A stretch of DNA of 64,000 bases, taken from assembly GCA_963737065.1 (NCBI GenBank), contig CAVTRC010000001.1, positions 1,280,001 through 1,344,000 of the forward strand. The letters run 5' to 3'. The DNA comes from Candidatus Eremiobacteria bacterium (GTDB lineage Bacteria > Vulcanimicrobiota > Vulcanimicrobiia > Vulcanimicrobiales > Vulcanimicrobiaceae). The notes below the pieces were generated by a model, which saw only the letters and a program-made list of their open reading frames with translations, ran no database searches and was not told where the DNA came from. The position numbers and the translations under genes were made by a program. Shown in pieces: positions 29,845 through 40,492 of this stretch (within the stretch, counting starts at the first letter, position 1; the number at the start of each line of letters is the position of its first letter).

Positions 29845-30704
29845 ATCAATTCGACGGCGAGCGCCGCAGTTTGATTTCGCGTGTCCAGAATCGGATTGAT
29901 CTCGACCATTTCCATCGATCCCAGCATTCCCGTTTCATGACACATCTCCATGATGAGATGCGCTTCGCGGTAACTCAAACCGCCTTTGACGGGTGTTCCG
30001 GTTCCCGGCGCTTCACTTGGATCGATGCCGTCCATATCAAATGACACATGAATGCGGCTCGTGCCGCGTCCGGCGATCGCAAGCGCCTCGTCCATAACGC
30101 GCGTCATGCCGAGTTTATCGACATCGCTCATCGAAAATGCGCGAACGCCGGATTCGCGCAAAAGCGACTTCTCGAGCTCGTCGACGTCGCGTAAACCGAT
30201 TTGCACGCTGGTCGCACGCTCGGCGTAGCCGTTCTTGAGCACGAACCACAACGGCATGCCGTGCACGTTTCCCGTCCGCGAACTTTCGGGAGTGTTGATA
30301 TCGGAATGCGCGTCGATCCAAATCAGCCCGGGCGCTGCATCGTATCCGCGGGTCAAGCCGGCCAGAGTTCCCATTGCGATAGAATGATCGCCGCCCAATA
30401 CGATCGGCAGCCCGTCATCCCGAACGCTGCGCTCGACGGTGTGGGCAAGCTCGTTGCAAACGCTTTGGATAACGTTCAAATACTTTGCCGACGGATCGTC
30501 CGACTCGAGCGCTTCACGATCGGGAACATGCAGGTTGCCGTGATCGATGATCTCCGCAATGTGCAGGCCTCGCAGCTTGTCGTGCAGCTTTGCATATCGG
30601 ATCGCGGAGGGACCCATGTCGACCCCGCGCCGGCTCGCGCCGAGATCCATGGGCACGCCGATGATGTCGACGCGCGTCGGGCGTTGCACGGACGTAGTCG
30701 TCAC
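29814..30704 (-). CDS. rocF: Arginase
   Basis: GVPMDLGASRRGVDMGP, GGDHS, DAHSD, GNVHGMP, SFDMDGIDP, GTGTPV; GTG start with GGAGG. Confidence 0.93.
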   Translation of the reverse strand: MTTTSVQRPTRVDIIGVPMDLGASRRGVDMGPSAIRYAKLHDKLRGLHIAEIIDHGNLHVPDREALESDDPSAKYLNVIQSVCNELAHTVERSVRDDGLPIVLGGDHSIAMGTLAGLTRGYDAAPGLIWIDAHSDINTPESSRTGNVHGMPLWFVLKNGYAERATSVQIGLRDVDELEKSLLRESGVRAFSMSDVDKLGMTRVMDEALAIAGRGTSRIHVSFDMDGIDPSEAPGTGTPVKGGLSYREAHLIMEMCHETGMLGSMEMVEINPILDTRNQTAALAVELICSGLGKSIL

Positions 30705-31786
30705 GCGGCCTCCTGGTTCGTAAGGTGCAGCAGAATCACCCGTAGCGCTCCGGCAATCGGTACGGCGATCAGCATGCCGAAGATGCCGCCCAGTTCGGCG
30801 CCCGCCAGAACCGCCAAGAGCACGATCAGCGGACTGAGTTTCACTTGCCTGCTTACGATCACCGGAGAGATGAAGTGCCCTTCCAGTTGATAGATACCGA
30901 TGAACACCGCGGCGACCACCAATGCATTTCCCCACCCGTTGTTTACGAATGCGATGCCGACTGCCGGAATGAAGGTCAGCACCGCTCCCACATACGGAAC
31001 CAGATCGCCGATCGCCGCCAGCACCCCGAGCAAAAACGCGTACGGAACGTGCAGAAACAGCAGCGCGATCGTGAGCAGAATTCCCACCGTCGCGGCGACG
31101 AGCAACTGTCCGCGCACGAACCCACCGATGACTCTATCGATATCGCCGATCAGCGAACTTGCCGCAGCCCAGCGTTCCCGCGGAACGATGCGGTAGAATC
31201 CGGCGAGCAGACGGTCGAGGTCGGCAAGCAAATAAATCGAGAGCAGCGGGATGATCACGAACGTTGCAATGATACTGAAGGCACCGAGGAGGATCGTGAA
31301 GAGATGACTCGTCGCTTCCAATCCGTGCGTACGGAGCCAGTCGACCGCGAACTGCGGAAACTTCAACATCTCTTCGCGGATCGAATCAGGAAGACGTGAA
31401 AGGATCGGGTCGCGCGGATTGAGGAGATACGACCGGTATGCGTCCGCGAATTGCGGACCGTGCTGCGCGATCGCCTTCATATCATCCGCGATCCGCGGAA
31501 CGAAGAAATAGAGCCCGACCGCGACGAGAACGACTAACGAAAGATACACGACCGCAAGCGCCAATCCGAGCGGCATGCGAGCGCGAAGCCGGTGCACGGC
31601 CGGATACACGAGATACGCGAGGAAGATAGCGCCGACGACGATGTAGAGCAAGCCGCCCACGTGATCGATGAACAGCAGTGCAATGTTGCCGAGATAGAGC
31701 AACAGCGCAATTACGACGAGCAGCTTGAGCGCATACGTCAACCGTGCCTCCGTGAGCCAGCCCCACGGATTGCGTCGTTGCTGCAT
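30701..31786 (-). CDS. AI-2E family transporter
   Basis: LAYLVYP, GGFVRGQ, VPYVG, QLEGHFISP, GIFGMLIAVP. Confidence 0.9.
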   Translation of the reverse strand: MQQRRNPWGWLTEARLTYALKLLVVIALLLYLGNIALLFIDHVGGLLYIVVGAIFLAYLVYPAVHRLRARMPLGLALAVVYLSLVVLVAVGLYFFVPRIADDMKAIAQHGPQFADAYRSYLLNPRDPILSRLPDSIREEMLKFPQFAVDWLRTHGLEATSHLFTILLGAFSIIATFVIIPLLSIYLLADLDRLLAGFYRIVPRERWAAASSLIGDIDRVIGGFVRGQLLVAATVGILLTIALLFLHVPYAFLLGVLAAIGDLVPYVGAVLTFIPAVGIAFVNNGWGNALVVAAVFIGIYQLEGHFISPVIVSRQVKLSPLIVLLAVLAGAELGGIFGMLIAVPIAGALRVILLHLTNQEAA

Positions 31787-31892
31787 TACGCTGCGCGTTC
31801 TATCGCGCGCAAAGGCCACACGCGTTTCATTACCCAGGTCATCCCGTTCGGTACGGAGGCTTCGCCCTCCCGGAGTCGTAGTTTTCGCGCTT

Positions 31893-32918
31893 ATGTATCG
31901 GAGGGCGCTTGCCGCGTTTCTGGCGTGTGTCGCTTCGGCGTGCGTGCTCGCTGCCTGCGCGCGCCATCGCGGCGCCGCGCCCGGACAACTCACGCTCGGC
32001 ATGGTGACCGATGTCGGCGGCCTCGGCGATCAATCGTTCAACGATTCCGCCTACCGCGGGCTGCTCGCGGCGCGCACGAAGCTCGGCGCGTACGTGCAGG
32101 TTCTACAATCGCGTTCCGCCGCGGATTATCAGCCGAACCTCAACGCGCTCACGAATCTTCATTACGGGATGATCTACGCCATCGGGTTCTTGATGGGACT
32201 CGACTTAGATTCGGTCGCGAAGGAGCATCCGTCGCAACGCTATGCGATCATCGACGCGGTCGTGGACGATCGGAACGTCACGTCAATCACGTTTCGCGAA
32301 CAAGACGGATCGTTTCTCGCCGGGGCGCTGGCGGCGATGGTGAGCAAGAATCACCACATCGGCTTTCTGGGCGGCGCCGATATTCCGCTGATCGAAAAGT
32401 TTGAGGCGGGGTATACGGCTGGTGCGCGCGAGATCGATCCGTCCATTCAAGTCGACGTGAAATACGCCGGAAGTTTCGACGATGTCGCGGCGGGCAAAGA
32501 GCTTGCGAATCTGCTCTTCAACGGCGGCGCGGACATCGTCTTTACCGCAGCGGGAAAAGTGGGCCTCGGTGCGATCGAAGCTGCGAAGGCGCGCGACGGT
32601 GATTTCATCATCGGCGTCGATTCGAACCAAGACGCGCTTGCGCCGGGCAAAGTTCTAACGTCAATGGTCAAAAAAGTCGACGTCGCCGTGTTTGACGTCG
32701 CGAGATCACTGCGTGACGGCCATCCGATGAGCGGACACGTCGTCTTCGGTCTCAAGGACGGGGCAATCGGTTTGACGGATTTCGCGTATACCAAAGCGTA
32801 TGTCGACCCGGCGCGGCGAGCGCGGCTTGCGGCGATCCAACGCGCGATCGTGAGCGGCCGGATCTCACCGCCTGACTCACGCGCTGCGCTCGCCGCGTTC
32901 AAGCCGGTAGCACTGTAG
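31893..32918 (+). CDS. BMP-family ABC substrate-binding lipoprotein
   Basis: Lipobox LAAC, GGLGDQSFN, FLAGALAA, IGVDSNQ, TSMVKKVD. Confidence 0.92.
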   Translation: MYRRALAAFLACVASACVLAACARHRGAAPGQLTLGMVTDVGGLGDQSFNDSAYRGLLAARTKLGAYVQVLQSRSAADYQPNLNALTNLHYGMIYAIGFLMGLDLDSVAKEHPSQRYAIIDAVVDDRNVTSITFREQDGSFLAGALAAMVSKNHHIGFLGGADIPLIEKFEAGYTAGAREIDPSIQVDVKYAGSFDDVAAGKELANLLFNGGADIVFTAAGKVGLGAIEAAKARDGDFIIGVDSNQDALAPGKVLTSMVKKVDVAVFDVARSLRDGHPMSGHVVFGLKDGAIGLTDFAYTKAYVDPARRARLAAIQRAIVSGRISPPDSRAALAAFKPVAL

Positions 32919-32919
32919 C

Positions 32920-34311
32920 GTGAACCGTGAGCCTGCGCTCGAACTGCGTTCGATTCGCAAAGCGTTTCCCGGCGTGGTCGCGGTGGACGGGGCGAGTCTT
33001 GCACTCTATCCCGGCGAGATTCACGCGCTCGTCGGCGAGAACGGTGCAGGCAAATCAACGCTTTCCGCGATTGCGTTCGGCGAACTAAAGCCCGATGGCG
33101 GAACGGTGAGCGCGCGCGGAACCGTTGGGCTCGTTCATCAGCATTTCGAGTTGGTCGGACGTCTGCGCGTCTGGGAGAACGTCCTGCTCGGACGCGAACC
33201 GCGTCGCGGATGGAGAATTGATGCGCGCGCGGCGCGAGAGCGCGTGCGGAAACTTGCGGATCGCAACGGCCTGGAGATCGATCCCGACGCGGTGGTGGAG
33301 ACGCTACCGGTCGGCGTGCAACAGCGCGTCGAACTGCTGCGCGAATTGGATCGTGAACCGTCGGTGCTGCTGCTCGATGAACCGACGGCCGCATTAGCAC
33401 CGGCTGAAATCGCGTCATTCTTCCAAACGGTAAAAGCGCTCGCCGCGCGCGGCACCGCGATCATGATCGTGACGCATAAACTGCAAGAAGTGATCGCGTA
33501 TTCCTCGACGGTCACGGTGATGCGGCACGGAAAGATCGTCGCCTCAATGACGACGGCTTCGACGAGCTCCGATACAATCGCGCAAGCAATGGTCGGCGGC
33601 CGCATTCCCGCGGTTGCGCAGCGTGAAGCGCGCCCGCTGGAACCGTGTTTGTCGGTTCGTACGAACGAGTTTTCGCTCGACGTACGCTCGGGTGAGATCG
33701 TCGGAATCGCGGGTGTTGAAGGCAACGGCCAAACCGCGCTCGCGGACAGCATCGCAGGCGTGATCCCGCATGATGGTACGATCGCGATCGAACGCGCCGG
33801 TCGCCCAGCGCTCGGCGTGATTGCGCAGGACCGGCAAGCACAAGGCCTCGTGATGGGATGGTCGATCGTCGACAACGTGATGCTCGGACGTCAGCAGGCG
33901 TTACGACGCGGTGCACTGCTCGATCGGAGGCGCGCGCGCGTCGACGCGCAGTCGATCGTGCAACGCTTCGACGTTCGCACGGCAAACCTCGACGTCGCCG
34001 TCAAAACGCTTTCCGGCGGTAATCAGCAAAAAGTTGTCGTCGGACGCGCGCTGATCGACGAACCGGCGCTCGTCATTGCATACAATCCGACGCGCGGGAT
34101 CGACGTCGGCGCGGCCGCGCTCGTCCAGTCGCGACTGATCGAAGCTCGCAACCGCGGTTGCGCGGTTCTGTTGATCTCTTTTGAACTCGACGAATTGCTC
34201 GCGATTGCGGACCGCATCGCGGTCATGTATCGCGGGCGCATCACCGGCGAATTCGATCGCAGTGTGTTCGACCGTTCGGCGATCGGACGACTCATGGCCG
34301 GCCTCTCGTGA
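32920..34311 (+). CDS. ABC transporter ATP-binding protein (CUT2, two domains)
   Basis: GENGAGKST, VHQHF, LDEPT, LSGGNQQK, PTRGID. Confidence 0.92.
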   Translation: MNREPALELRSIRKAFPGVVAVDGASLALYPGEIHALVGENGAGKSTLSAIAFGELKPDGGTVSARGTVGLVHQHFELVGRLRVWENVLLGREPRRGWRIDARAARERVRKLADRNGLEIDPDAVVETLPVGVQQRVELLRELDREPSVLLLDEPTAALAPAEIASFFQTVKALAARGTAIMIVTHKLQEVIAYSSTVTVMRHGKIVASMTTASTSSDTIAQAMVGGRIPAVAQREARPLEPCLSVRTNEFSLDVRSGEIVGIAGVEGNGQTALADSIAGVIPHDGTIAIERAGRPALGVIAQDRQAQGLVMGWSIVDNVMLGRQQALRRGALLDRRRARVDAQSIVQRFDVRTANLDVAVKTLSGGNQQKVVVGRALIDEPALVIAYNPTRGIDVGAAALVQSRLIEARNRGCAVLLISFELDELLAIADRIAVMYRGRITGEFDRSVFDRSAIGRLMAGLS

Positions 34312-35330
34312 ACCGATTGAATCGTTTTGCTCCGCTCGGCGCCGCGCTGTTGGTTGTCGTTCTCATGTCGCTCGCGATGATCGTCGCGGGCACGAGTCCG
34401 ATCGAGGGATTCTCGGCGCTCCTGACCGGCGCGCTCGGCGGGCGCAACGAGCTTGGTGAAACGCTCGTGGCGACGACCGCGCTACTCTTTCCCGCGCTCG
34501 GGATTTGCTTGGCATTCCGCGCGGGGCTCTTCAACATCGGAGCCGAGGGACAACTCGTTATGGGTGCGCTGCTTGCGGGCGCCGCCGGCGCGCAGATGCA
34601 CGTAGCGGCGCCGGTTGCGATCCCGATCATGCTGCTGCTCGGTGCGCTCGGCGGCGGCGTGTGGGGCGGTATCGCGGGATGGATGAAGGCCCGTTTCAAC
34701 GCAAATGAGATCATCTCGACGCTGATGCTCAACTTTGTCGCGGCGTCGTTCGCGCTGACGCTCGTCAGCGGCCCGCTGAAGGGCCCGCTTGCAACCGGCG
34801 CGGAGACGGCGTGGCTGCCGGCACAGTATTGGCTGCCGACGTTAATTCCCGGCACACGTCTCTCCGCTGCGCTCCTCCTCGCGCTTGCAATCGCCGGCGT
34901 ACTCGCTTTTGTTTTTCGCGCGACGGTGTTCGGATACGAATTGAGTGCGGCCGGTGAAGCGCCGGAAGCCGCGCGGCGCAACGGCATCAACATCGAGCGG
35001 CTGACGTGGCTCTCGTTGACGCTCTCGGGTGCGATCGCGGGTCTCGGCGGCGCTTCCATCGTCACCGGTGAACTGCATCGCTTCAACACGCAACTCTCGC
35101 CCGGCTACGGCTTTACGGCAATTGCAGTCGCCCTCGTCGGCGATTTGCAGCCGCTATGGATTTGCGTTGCGGCGTTCGGTTTCGGCATTCTGGAATCGGG
35201 CGGTCTCGCGATGCAGGCGAGCGCGCAGGTTCCGAAGGATGCGATTCACGTGATCGAAGGATTGATCATTCTCGTGCTCGCCGCGCGGCGTTATGTGGCG
35301 ACGCGCATCGAGAACGTGCAGGCCGCGTGA
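34308..35330 (+). CDS. ABC permease (nucleoside-type)
   Basis: AFRAGLFNIGAEGQ, NEIISTLMLN, GYGFTAIAVAL. Confidence 0.9.
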   Translation: MNRLNRFAPLGAALLVVVLMSLAMIVAGTSPIEGFSALLTGALGGRNELGETLVATTALLFPALGICLAFRAGLFNIGAEGQLVMGALLAGAAGAQMHVAAPVAIPIMLLLGALGGGVWGGIAGWMKARFNANEIISTLMLNFVAASFALTLVSGPLKGPLATGAETAWLPAQYWLPTLIPGTRLSAALLLALAIAGVLAFVFRATVFGYELSAAGEAPEAARRNGINIERLTWLSLTLSGAIAGLGGASIVTGELHRFNTQLSPGYGFTAIAVALVGDLQPLWICVAAFGFGILESGGLAMQASAQVPKDAIHVIEGLIILVLAARRYVATRIENVQAA

Positions 35331-36187
35331 TGGAGATTCTCTCGGCGCTCGTCATACTGACGCTGATCAAGGCGACTCCGATCGTCTATGCGGCGCTCGG
35401 CGGCGTGATTTCCGAACGGTCCGGTGTGATCAACATCGGTCTCGAAGGCATGATGGCAGCGGGCGCGTTCACCGCCGCGCTGATCTCATATGCGACCAAC
35501 GTTCCAACGCTCGGTTTACTCGCCGGCATCGGAGCGGGCGCGATTGCCGGACTCGTTCTCGCGCTTGCCGCAACGCGCTTCAAAGTCGACCAAATCGTTG
35601 CCGGAACCGGCATCAACGTCATCTGCGCCGGCGGCGCTGCGTATGGCCTCGTTCTCGTCTTCAATCAACCTGGTGCGAGTAAAGAAGTCAACGCGCTTGG
35701 TCCGAATTACTGGGTGCTTGTCGCGCTCGCATTCGCGCTCGCAATCGCGATGCAGTGGGCGCTCTCACGCACGCCGTGGGGATTGCGCGTGCGCGCGTGC
35801 GGCGAAAATCCGCGATCCGTTGCCGCCGCGGGACTCGACCCGCTCGCGCTGCGAACCGTCGCCGTTACCTTGAGCGGCGCGCTCGCCGGTCTCGGCGGTG
35901 CGTTCCTCTCGATCGGCGAGCTGAATCTGTACAGCGACGGCATGACCGCGGGCCGCGGATTCATCGCACTCGCTGCCGTCATCTTCGGACGTTGGAATCC
36001 AATCGGCGCGACGGCTGCGTCCGTTGTGTTCGGATTGTTCGAGGCGTTGCAATACGTTCTGCAAGGAAAGATCTCATGGCTGCCGGCCGATGCGATGCAG
36101 GCGCTTCCGTATATCGCCGCGTTGATTGCGCTCGCAGGCGTTACCGGGCGCGTCCGCGCGCCTGCATCCGACGGCGTCCCCTATTGA
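35330..36187 (+). CDS. ABC permease (nucleoside-type)
   Basis: SERSGVINIGLEG, GENP, GRGFIALAAVIFGRWNP, LPY. Confidence 0.9.
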   Translation: MEILSALVILTLIKATPIVYAALGGVISERSGVINIGLEGMMAAGAFTAALISYATNVPTLGLLAGIGAGAIAGLVLALAATRFKVDQIVAGTGINVICAGGAAYGLVLVFNQPGASKEVNALGPNYWVLVALAFALAIAMQWALSRTPWGLRVRACGENPRSVAAAGLDPLALRTVAVTLSGALAGLGGAFLSIGELNLYSDGMTAGRGFIALAAVIFGRWNPIGATAASVVFGLFEALQYVLQGKISWLPADAMQALPYIAALIALAGVTGRVRAPASDGVPY

Positions 36188-36241
36188 TCGTTGTCGTGCG
36201 CGATTGTTATAATTGCGCGCAACGTGGCCGATAAAAACGGT

Positions 36242-37183
36242 ATGGGTGTACGTCGCACTGTTGCGGCGCTCAGCGCTGCACTTTTGCTTGTAATCACGTA
36301 CGTTGCTCCCGCGCGTGCGATGGACGCTCCCGCCCCCGTTCGCGTGTTGAACAGCGGTCTGCGCGAACTTGCGGCCCGCTTGCCTGCATCCGCCGCCATT
36401 GAAGTCCTCGATCTCTCCACGGGCTTCCGCGCCGGTTATAACGCGAACGTCGCGATGCCGGCCGCCTCGACGATCAAAGTGCCCGTCATGGTGGAGGTAT
36501 TCCGTCAACTCGAAGACGGCCGCTTCGACCTGAACCGTCGCGTGACGCTGCTAGCAAGCGACAAAGATTACGGTTCCGGCAATCTGTGCGATGCGTCCGC
36601 GGGTAGTACGTATGCCGTCGCCCAGCTGCTCTCCAAGATGATCGATGTCAGCGACAACACGGCAACCAACATGTTGATCCGCCTCGTGGGGCGGCATCAC
36701 ATCAACGCGACGATGACGGATCTTGGTTTGCAACGCACGCATCTCTCGACAGACGTCCGCACCGAGAACTGGGCGGTCCGGACGGCCCTGCGGTCATCTC
36801 CCGCCGACATGGTTCGTCTGCTCGCATTGATGGCGCGCCGTCAGCTCGTCGACGAATGGTCATCCAATGAGATGATTTCCATCCTCGAAGACGACCAAAT
36901 CAACACGTTGCTCCCCGAACCGCTTCCGGTCGACGTACCGGTCGCACATAAGACGGGCAGCTTCTTCGACACGCTCAACGACGTCGGAATCGTATTCGAA
37001 GAAGACGCGCCGTACGTTATTGCGGTGATGACGACGCATCTGCCGTCGCTTTCCACCGGCCGAACGTTTATCCACTCGCTCTCGCGCATGGCGTTCCATG
37101 AAGAAGCGCAACTCGCGCGCTGGCGCACGGTGGCCGGGTGCCGAACCGGTCGCGGCCGGCACCGCAACCATTACGGCGCCTGA
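36242..37183 (+). CDS. Class A beta-lactamase-like serine hydrolase
   Basis: Signal peptide; SxxK (ASTIK), SDN, HKTG. A probable extra G near 37139 would move the true stop to 37241. Confidence 0.85.
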   Translation: MGVRRTVAALSAALLLVITYVAPARAMDAPAPVRVLNSGLRELAARLPASAAIEVLDLSTGFRAGYNANVAMPAASTIKVPVMVEVFRQLEDGRFDLNRRVTLLASDKDYGSGNLCDASAGSTYAVAQLLSKMIDVSDNTATNMLIRLVGRHHINATMTDLGLQRTHLSTDVRTENWAVRTALRSSPADMVRLLALMARRQLVDEWSSNEMISILEDDQINTLLPEPLPVDVPVAHKTGSFFDTLNDVGIVFEEDAPYVIAVMTTHLPSLSTGRTFIHSLSRMAFHEEAQLARWRTVAGCRTGRGRHRNHYGA

Positions 37184-37290
37184 CGTCCGCTACTGGTCGA
37201 ACCCCTCCGACACCGACAACAACGCCGGCGGCGGTCGTTAGTCTCCTCCTAACCAGACACTTTGACGTTGCGCTCGATGCGATCGTCGCA

Positions 37291-40200
37291 TCAAAGGCCG
37301 GCGATGCGTTTCATTTCTGAGATGAGCGCTTCGGTTTGCGATTTGAGGGTTGTGTAGGCGTCTTGCTGTGCCGCTGTCGGCGCACGGTATGCGAGATCGA
37401 GAGAATTCATTTGGAACGCCAGATAGTCGCGCATACGCGACGGATAGACGGCGTCCGCTTCACTGGAATGGAACCGGAATTCGACGACCTGTCGGATCAC
37501 GCGATCGAGTTCCGATTGTTTGGCCGGTGATAACGTGCTGCGCTTTGCGAGCGCGGCGTTCGTCATCGAGTTCAAGGCATTGAGCAGGTCGGCGTATTGC
37601 GTGGCAAGCGCTAAGCGTGCCTGCAACGCATCCGGCGCGGGCGAGAACCGCGGATCGAGCTGAACCTTCAGCGGTTGCTTCACCATCGTGCCGCCGTAGC
37701 TGAGAACGACGGTGTAGTCGCCCGGCAGAACGGTAGGCCCGTCCATGCTATCGCGGAAGTCGTCGGTCGGGACGAGATGGGCGCCGTGAATCTCCACCGG
37801 AGGTGCGTAGCGTAAATCCCACTGGAACGCGTTCATTCCGGATTCCACCGCGGTTAAGCGCCCGAGATGATAGTTCGCAACGCTGATCGCGTCCATCGCG
37901 GTCAGTTCTTCGCCGCTGCGTTCTTTCGCTCGCTTATTTCTCAGCCGAAGCGTAAACGAACGTATCGTCCTGCCGCCGGAATCGACGAACGATAACGTCG
38001 CGGGCGTGCGTCCGCTATAGTCGCGCGGCAAATTGAAGTAGATCGCCGCGCCGTAGTCGGGATTATCGCCGGAATTCGCAAGGAAACCGCCGCCGCCGTA
38101 TGCATGCGTGATCCACGCCGTCTCCGGTTCGAACAGTTGCGCGGTTGACGTCTGCAGCGACGATGCGCGCGCCAGGTCCTCGACCAGCGCGAGGTTGTCG
38201 AGCACCCAGAATGAACGACCGTGCGTCGCGATGGCGACTTGACCTTGGCGTGCGTTGATCTGCAGATCGCGCACTTCGGTGACGGGAAGATTGAGCGAGA
38301 GTGGTTGCCACTGCGCTCCGCCGTCCAAACTGACATACACGGTGCTCCGCGTGCCGGCGAACAGAACGCGCGGTTCACGCGGATCGATTCGCACGGCAAA
38401 GACGGATTGATCTTCCGGAATTCCGTTCACCATCGGCGTCCAATGCGCCCCGTAATCCGTCGTCTTGTAGATATACGGACGCATATCGTCCCACATATAA
38501 CGGGATGCGCTGATGAACGCGGTCCCGGGATTGGTCTGCGACGGTTCGATGCTGCTGATCTGCGTCCACTCGCGCAGGCTCTTCGGCGTGACGTCCTTCC
38601 AGCTCGCGCCGCCGTCGGTCGTAACATGCACGAGCCCGTCCGCCGAACCCGTCCACATCACGTCCTTATTTGCGGGCGAAAGTCCGAGTGAGGCAATGTC
38701 CGGAAACGTCTCCGCACCGGTTTGGTCGGGATAAACCGGCCCTCCGCTCACGCCTTCCGTCGACGTATCGTTACGCGTGAGATCGGGGCTTATCGCCTTC
38801 CACGTTTGACCGTAGTCGTCGCTGCGGAAGACGACTTGCGATGTTTCGAAAAGCGTATGCGGCTCCGCGGACGAGAACATGACCGGATGCGTCCACCCGA
38901 AACGGTATTTCTGATCGATCGATGCGATGCCGGATTTGTAGACGGCGTACGGCGAAACGTTCTGCTCTTCGCCCGTCGCATAATCGAGTTGCGCGAGCGA
39001 ACTGTAGTAGCCCGCTCCGTACGTCACCGTCGGGTTTCGTGGATCGACCGCGACGTACGTGCTCTCGCCGAGCGCAACGGTATGAACGGTGTTGAGCCCG
39101 AGCCCTTCGTTTGACGCGCTCGGAAGCTCGAACGCGCCTTCGTCCTGTTGCGCGCCGTAGACATGGTACGGAAATTGCCCGTCGAGCGCGACGTGATAGA
39201 ACTGTCCCGTCGGCTGATTGTACGTCGTGCTGAACGTTTTGCCGCCGTCGAGCGACACGTTTGCACCGCCGTCGTCGCCGATGATCAATATCTTCGGATT
39301 GCGCGGATTGATCCAGACGATATGGTTGTCGCCGAGGCCCGGACCGAGCGGGTGCCACGTGCGGCCGCCGTCGGTCGTTTTGAAGACGCTATCGACTTCA
39401 GGCGCGTACGCAATCCTCCAATTCGTCGGGTCGACGTAAATCGCCATATAATAGAACGCGCGCTGACGGAGCTTCCACTCGTCGTTCATGCGCTTCCACG
39501 TCGCACCGGCGTCGTCGGAGCGAAACACTCCGCCGTCGTTCGCCTGGACGATCGCGTAGACGATACGCGCGTTATTCGGTGCAACGGCGACACCGATTTT
39601 GCCGAGCGTCCCGCGCGCAAAACCCGGATTGCTCGAGATTTTCTTCCAGTGCGCGCCGCCGTCGGTCGTCTTATACACCGCGCTGCCGGCACCGCCGCTC
39701 GTCAATCCCCACGGCGTTCGCTGCGCTTGCCACATCGTCGCGTATAAAACGTTCGAATTGTGCGCGTCCATGACGACGTTGTTCGCGCCGGTGTTCTCGT
39801 CGACGTAAAGGATCTTCTTCCACGTCTTGCCGCCGTCCGTCGTTTTATAGACGCCACGATCCGCGTTCGGTTTGAAGACATGTCCCATCGACGTCACGTA
39901 CACGATTTGCGGATCGTGCGGATCGATGACCAGTGAACTGGTCTGCCGCGTCTCACGCAAGCCGGCGTAATGCCATGTCTTGCCCGCGTCGGTCGATTTG
40001 TAAATACCGTCGCCGTTTGCGAAGTCTTGTCGGATATCGCTCTCGCCCGTTCCCGCGTAAACGATCTTCGAATTCGACGGTGCAACGGCAATCGCACCGA
40101 TGCTGTTGGAAACGCTTCCCATCTGACCGTCGGTAATGTTTTCCCACGTCGTACCGGCGTTTTCGCTCTTCCAGACACCGCCTTGCACGGCGCCCATGTA

Positions 40201-40386
40201 GAACAGATTCGGTTGATCCGGCACGCCGGCTACGGCCACGACGCGTCCGCCGACGTACGGACCGATGCTGCGCCATTCCAGCTTACTCAGCAGTGTTTGC
40301 GCCGGTGAATTCGATGGTGCCGAAAAAACGGCACCAGGCGCCGCGGCAAATGCCGCGGCGAGAACACTTGCAACAACGCGTTTCAT
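37291..40386 (-). CDS. Secreted VPS10/sortilin-like BNR-repeat beta-propeller protein (copy 2)
   Basis: Signal peptide, WRSIGP..GGR, many (S/T)xDxGxTW Asp-box repeats. Confidence 0.88.
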   Translation of the reverse strand: MKRVVASVLAAAFAAAPGAVFSAPSNSPAQTLLSKLEWRSIGPYVGGRVVAVAGVPDQPNLFYMGAVQGGVWKSENAGTTWENITDGQMGSVSNSIGAIAVAPSNSKIVYAGTGESDIRQDFANGDGIYKSTDAGKTWHYAGLRETRQTSSLVIDPHDPQIVYVTSMGHVFKPNADRGVYKTTDGGKTWKKILYVDENTGANNVVMDAHNSNVLYATMWQAQRTPWGLTSGGAGSAVYKTTDGGAHWKKISSNPGFARGTLGKIGVAVAPNNARIVYAIVQANDGGVFRSDDAGATWKRMNDEWKLRQRAFYYMAIYVDPTNWRIAYAPEVDSVFKTTDGGRTWHPLGPGLGDNHIVWINPRNPKILIIGDDGGANVSLDGGKTFSTTYNQPTGQFYHVALDGQFPYHVYGAQQDEGAFELPSASNEGLGLNTVHTVALGESTYVAVDPRNPTVTYGAGYYSSLAQLDYATGEEQNVSPYAVYKSGIASIDQKYRFGWTHPVMFSSAEPHTLFETSQVVFRSDDYGQTWKAISPDLTRNDTSTEGVSGGPVYPDQTGAETFPDIASLGLSPANKDVMWTGSADGLVHVTTDGGASWKDVTPKSLREWTQISSIEPSQTNPGTAFISASRYMWDDMRPYIYKTTDYGAHWTPMVNGIPEDQSVFAVRIDPREPRVLFAGTRSTVYVSLDGGAQWQPLSLNLPVTEVRDLQINARQGQVAIATHGRSFWVLDNLALVEDLARASSLQTSTAQLFEPETAWITHAYGGGGFLANSGDNPDYGAAIYFNLPRDYSGRTPATLSFVDSGGRTIRSFTLRLRNKRAKERSGEELTAMDAISVANYHLGRLTAVESGMNAFQWDLRYAPPVEIHGAHLVPTDDFRDSMDGPTVLPGDYTVVLSYGGTMVKQPLKVQLDPRFSPAPDALQARLALATQYADLLNALNSMTNAALAKRSTLSPAKQSELDRVIRQVVEFRFHSSEADAVYPSRMRDYLAFQMNSLDLAYRAPTAAQQDAYTTLKSQTEALISEMKRIAGL

Positions 40387-40425
40387 GCTCACCGCTATAC
40401 CGCCGGGTCGTTCAGGTTCCTTTAT

Positions 40426-40459
40426 AAAAACGAAGCCCGCCGGATGACGGCGGGCTTTG
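40426..40459 (-). terminator. Rho-independent terminator between the two paralogs
   Basis: Minus strand AAGCCCGCCG-tcatc-CGGCGGGCTT followed by CGTTTTT. Confidence 0.8.
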
Positions 40460-40492
40460 CGTTGTCCTTCAACAACGTCAAGATAACACCGG

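Noticed and set aside
36242..37183. Bona fide antibiotic-resistance beta-lactamase
   Set aside because: SxxK, SDN and KTG are present, but no clear omega-loop ExxLN motif is seen and the context is not mobile; only a family-level call is justified.
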